From the NCBI RefSeq assembly GCF_006345805.1, contig NC_043000.1, forward strand, positions 143,406,001 to 143,470,000: a stretch of 64,000 nt of DNA, written 5' to 3'. Below, piece by piece: positions 52,665 through 64,000 of the stretch. Each line of letters begins with the position of its first letter. Within the stretch, counting starts at the first letter, position 1. Source of the stretch: Octopus sinensis. Lineage: Eukaryota. The notes beneath the pieces were generated by a model. The model saw only the letters and a program-made list of their open reading frames with translations, had not been told where the DNA came from and made no database searches. Made by a program: the position numbers and the translations under genes.

Positions 52665-52920
52665 TTTGCATATGAATTTTCAAAGGCAAATGCTTTAATC
52701 TATCTATCTATCTATCTGCTGTTTATCTATCTAATCTATCTATCTATCTCTCCATCTATCTATCTATATATATGTGTATACACCACACACTCACATATAT
52801 ACATCTATGTACGCATCACGTGTATGTGTATATATTATATATGTATGTATATGTATGTATATAATATATATATATAGACGTACGTATGTATGTTTGTACA
52901 CACACACACACACACACCAC

Positions 52921-52972
<52 letters not shown>

Positions 52973-53857
52973 ATCCTATGTGTGTGTTGTGTGTGTTTAT
53001 AGTGTGTATACTTAATCATATCTGTATACGCACTTCTCTACATTTTTACTATTTGTTTTAGGCATTGCAAAGCGACTCTTGGGGGAATGTCAAGCATTTA
53101 AGAACATATCAGATATTCCGAAAAATAAAAAGTAGTTAGAGGTTCAAAATAATTCATATAAACCGAAAAAAACCCCACATTTAACATGACGGGGGCCACA
53201 AGTTCCCAAGATAATGATAAGGAAATAAAATTGTTTAACGCTAGAAGTGGTGTGTGTTGTATGCTATAATCCTACATTGTAATCTATTACTCTGGTGCTA
53301 AACCTCAGCTGGCTTCGTTTTTATAGAATTTATTATTTACTTTAACTTAACTACGCATTACAATGTCCTAGAATGGCGTATAATAAAGCAATTTATCTGC
53401 CCATCCCAACGGAACATTGAAGAGATGGAGATGACATGGAGGATTTCGTTGCCTTTTGGCAGAAACGGCCGCAAAGAACTAAAACCTCCTGATAATCTGA
53501 TCTTCTGCTTTTTGTCTGTAATATTAGTACCTTGTATGTAATACATGGTTAGTACATGTGTATGTATTCTTCTAATACATTCTAATACATTGGTATAAAT
53601 AGAAATACTAGAATGTCTTCCGACTGATTTATGTCGTTTTTGTATCCTCTCCATTTTCTTATTTGTCGTATTAATTAAGTGTAGACCACTTTTTACCCCC
53701 GCCCGTATATAACATTCAATTGCGAGCTTGCCACACTATGACTAGCACTTGGGTATGAATTATTGGGTGCATTACCAGCAGTATATTGGATAGGAACTGT
53801 ACCTTCGTTGGTTTCCCAACCTCTAACTCACACAGAACTATATATATATATATATAT

Positions 53858-54152
53858 GTTCCTTCTCGAGCTACGCCTGGCTCATTAGGGCGGGTTTCCC
53901 GGTATCCTTGGCGTATAGATTCCCCACCTGGACGGGACGAGGGTCCGTCACAGGTGAGCTGCAAGATGCAGGAGGAAAGAATGAGAGAACGTTGTGGCGA
54001 AAGAGTCAGCAGAAAATCGCCATTACCTCTGCCGGAGCCGCGTGGAGCTTAGGTGTTTCGCTCATAAACACACACATTGCTCGGTCTGAGATTCGAATCC
54101 ACGATCGCTGGACCGTGAGTCTGCTTCGTTAGCCACTAGGCAATGTGCCACC
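53858..54152 (-). mobile_element. tRNA-derived SINE (body 1 + tail 2)
   Basis: Reverse strand body GTGTTTATGAGCGAAACACCTAAGCTCCACGCGGCTCCGGCAG is like 3904-4295. Tail GGACCCTCGTCCCGTCCAGGTGGG...ACCGGGAAACCCGCCCTAATGAGCC is like 17151-17393. Confidence 0.88.
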
Positions 54153-54779
54153 ACACACACACACGCGCGCGCGTGCGCATACACATATACACATATATGT
54201 ATATATACATTATCAAACGCTCATGTTCAATGTATATGCTTTGTTTGTTCGCACTATTCTCTGTGGCAAAGCACTTAGAGATGACTCTCTTATACGCCGA
54301 GTGTTAAAACACGTGTAAGCCATAGGTGAGATAGCTCGTCGTTGATCCCATTCAGGAGTGCTGCATACAAACAAAATCGCCGTTATCAGCAAGATATTCC
54401 TGAATCAAACCAGAGACGAATGGAATCACCAATCTATGACCTTATGTAAATCATTTAAAATCTAAACGATGATGTTCGACGGTGATGTACATGCAAGATT
54501 AAATATAAGCTTAGATTGGGCTAAATCATATGCAGACCCATGTATGGAACTTGACATATCTTGGAAAGCAGTAAAGTTAAATGCAGCTATAAAAGTGAAA
54601 AGAAAGGTGACGATTTAAGTATGTTCAGTAAAGAAAAAAACATTGAAGTTAAGGAACTTTCGCAATCTTCAATCTAAGTAGTTCTAAATCTGATGAGAGA
54701 AATTTCTTTCACAGAATTAGATGTTATTAAACAACATATTTCAGTGGTCTCATATTTGTGTAATATGTCTGCAGATACG

Positions 54780-55997
54780 CCCACGCTTTGTTTCATTGAA
54801 GGTGACTATCATTGCAAATCAGGTTCAGCCTTTAATTATTTCTCATGAAAATTTGTATTTTGAGTGCCCACTGATTGTTTTAATTGTTACGTGACATGGA
54901 TCAAGGTCACATTTTGTGAAGCATGGTCAAAGTACTGTAGAAGAACAACATGGTATGCATGAACTTTACAGAACTTTTCCAGCACAAATCTCCATTTGTT
55001 TATTTATTTATTTATAATTACTCATTTACTTGTTTTAGTCATTTGACATCAGCCAAGCTGGAGCACCGCCTTAAAGGTTTGCAGTCGAACAAACCGACCC
55101 TAGGACCTATTCTTTGTAAGCCTATTTTTTATTCTATCGATCTCTTTAGCAGAATCGCTAAGTTAACACACCAGCATCGGTCGTCAAGCAATGATGGTGA
55201 GACAAGCACAGACACAAAGACACACACATACACACAAATACACACACACATACGCACACACACGTATACGGCTTCTTTCAGTTTCCGTCCGCCAAATCCA
55301 CTCATAAGGCTTTAATCGGATATAGTAAAAGACACTTGCCCAAGGAGTCACTCAGTGAGACTGAACCTGTAATCATTTAGTGAGGAAACAAACCTTTTAC
55401 AACACAGCTACCTCTGCGCCTGTTGGCAATTCTAAAAATGCTTCTCCCAAGTGACAATTGGCTTGAATATAGGTCTTTGCATGTCAGCAATAAGGTTAAC
55501 TGCAACATGAGTTAAAAGTTTATTTGTTGCACAACCATATAGACTACACCCTTGAATATCATGTTCCAATAAGTAATGAGCAAGGAGAACGATTCCACTA
55601 AGATATAGAGAGCATGGAGACAAGGAGTAAAGGCATGTGGTACAAAAACATGATGGCTGATTGCTACTGCTCTCTGCGAAGGGAGTGACTATCATGATGC
55701 ATGTAACTTACGCAGAGCAGCAAAGAGAATTTTAACTGGTCCAGTAGCTAAACATCCAGTTTGACTGAAATATTTATCCCACGATGTATAATTAATCTTT
55801 GGTGTAATATATGTTTTAAACAATAAAATGTACTATTTGGTTTGTGTTAGTTACTTATCTCAGTATTTCCTTTACTGGCAAAAGTGACAATTTTTGGTAA
55901 AAGAATCATTTTCCGTTTAAAGGAGAATTTGTGGTATTAGAATACTTCTGAGAGCACTTCTGACCATAACGCTACCAAATTAGATGAGAGTAACAGT
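54780..55997 (+). mobile_element. DNA transposon remnant of the 'HSHLDFFP..SDExGERFHQDI' transposase family (probably CMC/Chapaev-like), interrupted by a SINE
   Basis: 55495-55685 reads CNMS*K..LLHNHIDYTP...ISNEQGERFH*DIESMETRSKGMWYKNMMADCYCSLR. A weaker CFNCY..W...SHFVKH at ~54870-54930 resembles CFLCxWDSR..HYV. The family name is recalled, not verified. Confidence 0.6.
55015..55421 (-). mobile_element. Full-length tRNA-derived SINE with internal (CA)n tract
   Basis: Reverse strand begins AGGCGCAGAGGTAGCTGTGTTG...GGTTCAGTCTCAC...CTTGGGCAAGTGTCTT and ends GGCGGTGCTCCAGC...CAAATGACTAAAACAAGTAAATGAG. Confidence 0.88.
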
Positions 55998-57109
55998 AAA
56001 AAAAAAAAATAAATAAATAAATAAAGACAACTAGTTTTGTTTTCGGAAATGTTCCCGGTTATTTTGGCTGATATGATAGCAATAAAACACAATTTACAAC
56101 AAAAAAGAAAGAAAAAGAAAATGCTTCTTCAAACGTTCATATATTCAATATTTAGTTTTAATAAATAAAAAAAAAATCATACTTCTTAATTTTGTATTTT
56201 GTTATTCTATATACTATATATTTGTTTTCTGCTTCTTATTTTCAACTGGGGGAGGGGGGGAGGGTATTCTCAGCTGGGATAAAAAAGTTACGATTCAAAT
56301 TTCATAAATATGAGAGGAAATATAAATTATTTATATTATAATTTCTTAAATACTTAATTCTTTAAGGACCTTGTTGAAATATTTGTATGTTTCTCGATTT
56401 TATCTTCTCTCAGCGTACATTGCACTGGATAGAAAATAACTGTACATCCACTTCACAAACACACACATAAAATGTGTCTTGCCTATTTTCAGTAGACACA
56501 TATATATGAACAAATTCAAAACTGTATAACTGTATATGACTATCAATTTTATTCAAAAATGGCTACCTCACTTCAGTTCTCTTGCCTCTACAAGTCTTGA
56601 ATATTGAATAGAGAAAAATATAACCATAAAAGAACAAATAATGTCAAGAAGAAAGGAAAAAAATACAGAAATTACAAAGGCAAAAGAACAAACTAAGTAC
56701 CTGAAGAGAACTTCATAAAAATCCTCCTGACAATTAAATCTCTTGCTTAAGGTCAAAGCAACCATTGACAACTAAAGTGCTATATTTCTTGTTTTATCTC
56801 ATTTCAGAACGGTAAGAAAGTGTGCGCGGATGAGGTGAGAAAGGAAGATAGAGTGGTTGTGTGAAAGGGAGAAATATTAAGAAAGAACTGTCAGAGCTGA
56901 TGCAAGACGGAAAGAAAACAAAAATCGAAGACACAAAGTGAGACAGAAAAATGGTCGGGAAAGAGAAAAGAAAGAAAGGAAAGAGTAAGAAGAAAACGCA
57001 TGACAATTAATGAATACACATGAAAAAAAGAAAAGAAAGTATCGAATAATAGAGAGCGCAATGGGGAGACTGGCAGAGAGGGAGGGAGAGAGGCAAGTAA
57101 ATATACAGG

Positions 57110-58540
<1,431 letters not shown>

Positions 58541-60762
58541 ATATGTAGCAAGGTAGATAGAAACGTGACTCTCTCTCTTTCTCTCTCTTTGCATATGTAT
58601 GTATATATATATTCGGAGCGAAAGAGGGTGTAAGAAAGGGAAGGAGAGAAGTCTTTATAGGGACATATGAAGAAAAGAGATGATATATAGTGAGAGGAAG
58701 TGCTTAGAGGAAATATAATGGGCACTATGTTATGAGACTCATTGACGCTTTTGTTTTATTAATTATACATATTTCGCTATTTATTTATACTTCAGCCTTC
58801 CATTCATGCATGTGGAGAGTGATCGGCTGTTGTAAGGGGGATTGTTTTCTTGTCAGGTATTTGTCTCTTCTATACATTCAAGTAGGAAATTATCTGTGTA
58901 AGTAGTTATCATTAGTATGTGAAGCTTAAACAGGGTCATACATCATAGGCTATTTGTGTTGTTGATTTGTATTGGCCTCTACCTTTATTCTGATTTTTCT
59001 CTTTTGGCTTTAAAGACTTTAAAATCAAAAGTGGTATTACTGTAACAAATGATCCTTTCTAATTTTGGCCCAAGGCCAGCAATTTTGAGGGGTAAGGGTT
59101 AGTGAGTGACATCAACCCCAGTGTTTAGTAGTTGCTTATTTTATCGATTCTGAATGAATCAGAAGACACAAACACTAAGCTTATTCTCCAATAGGCTAAT
59201 AAATCTGCCGCCTTGCAGCCTTGATACAACCAATATGTAAAACAAAGATGTTAGGAACACATGCGTGTGGATACACACACGTATATACGTACTCAGTCGC
59301 TTACATTTAAATAAACATTAATATACAAATATTCCCAAAGATACATAAATCATATCTATTTGCAGTCATACATGCAATCCCTTTCCATACTATCCTTTCC
59401 TCTCCAATTCTTTCGATCTCCCATCTGGCTTCTTTGTTCTATTTTTTACTCTGGACCACTCGAAGAACAAAACCATTTCTCAATTTTCTGCAATTCTTTT
59501 CAACTGATTAAGGTTTACCGATTATATATTCTCATATTTACTATTTCGTTCAGCTTGCCATGTTTGACCTGTCGTCTAGTGTACTTTTAGGTTGTCTCAT
59601 TTCTGTGATTAAAAGGCTAAAGCTTTCCCATTTTGTGTCCTGGACACTTGATTGTCTCTTTCTAATTAACATACCAGAACTCATTGTCAACCGGCGAGGG
59701 ACAAGCAGAAGCATGCTAGCAATTCCATACAAATACCCACCACGATCAAAATCATTTGGAAGCAAATAGTAGAAAGGTGAATGCTTTATCAATCGTGTTC
59801 ATCTATATGTATACGCAGGTGCTCTTTTCTTCATGTGCCACCTATTTTAGGTGGATCAACATTCTGGGAAGCTGCACGAGCTTTTACAGCAGCAAATGGT
59901 TGATCTGATACCTTGGAGAAGAATTTACCTTAAAAGTCATATTTGTCTGTTTATATACACTCATTGATTTTGCTCACATAAACTCATCGAAGCTCAAAAT
60001 GCAAATCTAAATCGACTTTTAAAAATGGATAATAATCAATCAAGCAATTAACTTAACCATATATGAGATTATTATACAGCGATTTCAATTGTCATAATAC
60101 TTTTCGTACGCACGTTTATGCAAATAACCAATGGAATGTGTACGTGGTCGGGGGCTGAACAAAATCAACAAGAAAGGCAAAAACAATAATTGTATATATT
60201 AGTTGCTATTACTTTCTTGTCAGTTATTAGAGATATCGAGCTGGAAATAATATTTAACCACTCATTACACATAGATGTATAATGAATATTATAATAACGT
60301 CTATGAATTTCTCTTCGCCTTTAACAGCGAGTATTGTACCTCTTCCGTATGCGCTTACTCAAATTCACTCACAAAATCAGGACCGACCAACAGTCACAGA
60401 CCCAAGACAAAAAGCATTATGATGGAATCGGAAACGATTTTAACCAGTAAGCTCTTTCTAGACTCGCAGAGCAACATACATTCATACACACTCCTACAAA
60501 TAAGTATTATTGAGTTTATACCACCCAAAATCTTACCCATAACGTCTCTATTACTTATAACATCTCAAAACGCAAAAAGATTCAGGTTTCTTGAATCTCT
60601 TCATGAGAGACCGACTGACAGCTTTACGCAAGGAAATACTCTACGACTCTAATGTACTACGTTAAAGCAACCAAGAGTATTGTTACATTTTAATTTCTGG
60701 AAAAATTACTCTTTTCTGCTAATGTTATTTTTCAGTTTCTGAACATTGAAGAGGGTGAGAAT

Positions 60763-61560
60763 TACCGTATTTTCCGGTCTATAACACGCATCAGTATTTA
60801 ATCTACAGGGTCGAATTTTGGGGAAAATTTTGATCTTATCCAAACATAAACCACACCGGTGTTTTTAAAAGACCTATAGTGCTACGGGTCCACAGCTAGC
60901 TTTTTGTTGTTGACGTGTATTTAGTTTCAAAATGCCTATTTTAAAACTATGAGATGTATTGTTATGATTTTATCAACAACAAATACATTTCATCAATATT
61001 GAAATCTATATTAGATTTTTTTTAATCATCAAAGCATAAAGATAAAACAAAACAAATATGGTTTGTTTTCTTCCAGGCACCACTGTACTGTAGCAGCAGT
61101 CTTTCACGTTGTTCACCGACCGACCTTTGAAAAAAATCGGTGGAATCATTCGATCACCATACACAAATTATTTTCCTCCTGAAATTTATAAAAAATACAC
61201 ATATTAGGCACACCCTTCTATAAGGCACTCACTCAATTTCCCAGATAAAAAATAGCGGCTGAAAAATACGTTAGTCTTCTCCAGGAGAGTATTCGTAATG
61301 TAGCGCACGTAGCTTTTCGTACAAGACAAGGAGGTGTTGGCCTTGACCCCTAATGTGTCATTTGTATCAATAGAGCCACCATCAACTTTGGGATGCAGAA
61401 TTGGATCATACCACATGATACATATTTGTGGTTGAATGAACCGATTCATTAGAGATATGTACAGGATTTGGGGGATGTGTAAATTCAACTTCAAGAGTGA
61501 AGCGAATTTTGCGGTCAGCAACGCTTTCTATCAAGTTGACTACTTAAATTCACAACCACA
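60763..61560 (-). mobile_element. Possible pogo/Tc2-like DNA transposon remnant
   Basis: TACCGTATTTTCCGGTCTATAACACGCA at 60763 resembles pogo/Tc2-type TIRs. Minus-strand HLLVLYEKLRALH...SPGED*RIFQPL (~61330-61250) loosely matches LLVLDxFRAH...IPGGxTxxLQPLD. No partner TIR found. Confidence 0.4.
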
Positions 61561-64000
61561 TACACATGCATCCTAAAACCGGGTGTACATGTTCCATAAT
61601 ATAGTTAACGATATTTCTAAACATACTTGGAAGGTTATAACAGAAATACCTTTAATTATGTGCCTTCTCGATGAGAGCTAATCTGAGGTTAAATAGCAGA
61701 TTGCACCGCATTACAATGTTGCTCCTGCTCAGATAGGAAAATAATTCATACACGAAATGAAACGTATTCATTGAGAAGATAAACCTTACGCATTCACATA
61801 CGCACTCACATACGCAGGCTGATATATATCAAAAGACATTACGTATATGTTATAGATAGAAAATACAACAGTCAATTAGTGAGTAACATGTTTATTAAAT
61901 ACAACCAACATCGAGAACGTATGAAATATTATTCTAAATGTCTAACGGGAATATAAGTTCTTAAATATCAACATAATCTCTCTCAGTCTCCCTTTCTCTC
62001 TCAAAACTCTCTCTTTTGAATCATTTACATATATGGTTTCTCAAATAAATTATGTATACATCTTTGAATTCTAAATTCGTAATATTTCTAGCATTTTTTC
62101 GGCATATTAAGACGTTAGTGTTTCTATTTTATGTGTCTTTACATTCTTGTTGCAAATCTCTTCGCGTTTTTTTTTTGTCGATAAAATAAAGTAACGTTTC
62201 TTTGTGGAGTCGGGTTCCAGACTAAACCGTTCCCTCAACATTGTTGGCCTTATCCCTGAATTAGAAATCGTTATATTCTACCATTGCTTCTTCATCTTCT
62301 CTTTCTTTCATCCAGTATTCGCGCAAACACTTTCATAAATATATAATTATATCTTTTACTTTCTAATATCTTATAATTGTTTTTTCCCAAAATCCTTTCT
62401 GATGTGTAACTTCTTCATGTCAGAATCATTCCTTAAACATGTTACTAGCTCCCATTTAGCAACGGCTCCTTCTCCTCTTTTCATTCTCCTCCCCTCCTCC
62501 ATTTATTTCTCCTTCATCCACTATATCATTCCTTTTTTTTTTTTGTCACAGTTCTTCCTCTCAGCCTTTTCCCATTCTCTCTCGCCACTCCTCGTAATTA
62601 TTTCATACTTCATATTCTGTTGTTTTCTCTATTTCCACTCTTGTTTCTTCATTCTTTTATTTCTGTCTACATAGCTATAATTCTTTATCCTTTGATTTTA
62701 TTTTTACCTGCTTTCTTTCTACATTGTTTCAACCTAATAATCTTAGTCTGTATTTGTGTCAGTCTATTTATGTCCGCCTTGTGTGTTTTCTTCAGAATAC
62801 TCATACGTCATCATTATCATCAAAACTGTCCTAGTCGTTGTTATCATCTTTCTGTTATTAACATAATTTCTTAGTATGACAGCATCATCATGTCTTCATT
62901 ATAAAGAACACTAAAACAAATTTCATTTTTTTTTATCCTATTTCCCTCTGACTGATTTTCCCCTGACCATTTTATTATCTTCATCTGTCTTCCTACGTAT
63001 ATAACTTTTATCTCGTATCGCCCTCTAGTTTCACTATTTTCAAGACAAAATGTCGTCCCTGAGCATATTCATAACTATTCACACATTTCACACTTCTACT
63101 CTCGTCCACTGCCTTTCACCGCTACTCACTCTTTCTTCTTCTTTCCTTCTGTATGTCTTTTCTAATTCACCTCTTCTGTCTCTCTCTCTCTCTCTCTCTC
63201 TCTCCATCTCTACTTGTTTATGCACGTTATCCCACACCAGTTCGTTCTCATATTACCTTGTTGTTTCACTTATTCTATTGATTTCAATGTGACATTTTTC
63301 ATGTTACACAAGTTCAATATGGCTGACTGTAAGATTTTTACATTTTTATGAATTTATATATTTAATTATTTTTGTAATGAGTAATGACTGCTCGACCGCA
63401 GTGACTATTTCTTTATTTCAAACATACAAAAGATGAAGAGAGTGAACTAAGAGAGAAAACAAAAAGAAAAAAGGAAAAGAAAAAACATTGAGGTTATTAA
63501 CTATGGTCGACTATTCACGTTGTTATTGTTCTACCCGTTATTTTTTTCTTAATATTTACTTATTTTTATAAATTGATATTTTTTGTTCAGTAAATTAATG
63601 CTTTTTATTTAATTTATTTTTAGTTTAACAATTACCAAGCTAAAAAGTTTCCTTTCATTTGAAATCAATATTAGAAAAGGACAACAATTGCTTGAAAGTG
63701 TGGAAATAATTTTATGGATTTTTATAAATAGATTATTCATTATATATACACACATTTACACGCAGAGAGAATGTGTGTGAGAGTGACACAGACTTCATAC
63801 GTAGAGAAAAAAGAAAAGCGAGATACAGGAGATACAGACATTTACAAAGAAGAGCTAAAGGGAAGTCAAGAAAGAGAGAGAAAGAGAGCGGAACAACAAG
63901 AATATTTCGAGAAGATTATAAAGAATTTTATTGAAGTAAACAGATGCAGTGAACTCATAAAACTAAAGAGCAAATGCATACATACCTAGGTACATGCATA

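Noticed and set aside
59550-59792. Schlafen/AlbA-like impression from RGGYLYGI (and similar words at ~19600 and ~35130)
   Set aside because: The similarity is limited to a few residues in stop-ridden frames and cannot be supported without a search.
61210-61500. Plus-strand FRTRQGGVGL resembling a LINE apurinic endonuclease motif
   Set aside because: Other APE motifs are absent. The opposite strand fits a pogo-like reading about as well, and both are weak.

Overview
This is AT-rich, microsatellite-dense animal DNA with no recognisable host protein-coding gene. Nearly all long entries in the ORF track are artefacts of (TA)n, (CA)n, (TCTA)n and (AAT)n repeats. The SINE families match ones I recall from octopus genomes, so an octopod cephalopod is the likely source (recall, not a database result). 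The window is mostly decayed transposons: two mariner remnants, a Tol2-like hAT with an intron, a piggyBac split by a 1.4-kb inversion, a probable CMC/Chapaev-like remnant, a possible pogo, an 853-bp long-TIR element, an RTE LINE with a 5'-inverted segment, several R4/Dong-type LINE fragments next to (TAA)n, and many tRNA-derived SINEs. The most notable signal is a set of minimal type I hammerhead-ribozyme motifs of the Penelope-like-element kind. Two of them sit in near-perfect 350-390 bp head-to-head palindromes, and one of those copies has an intact core. Also notable are a complete 2x2 body/tail shuffle among four SINE copies and two inversion junctions that can be resolved to the base.
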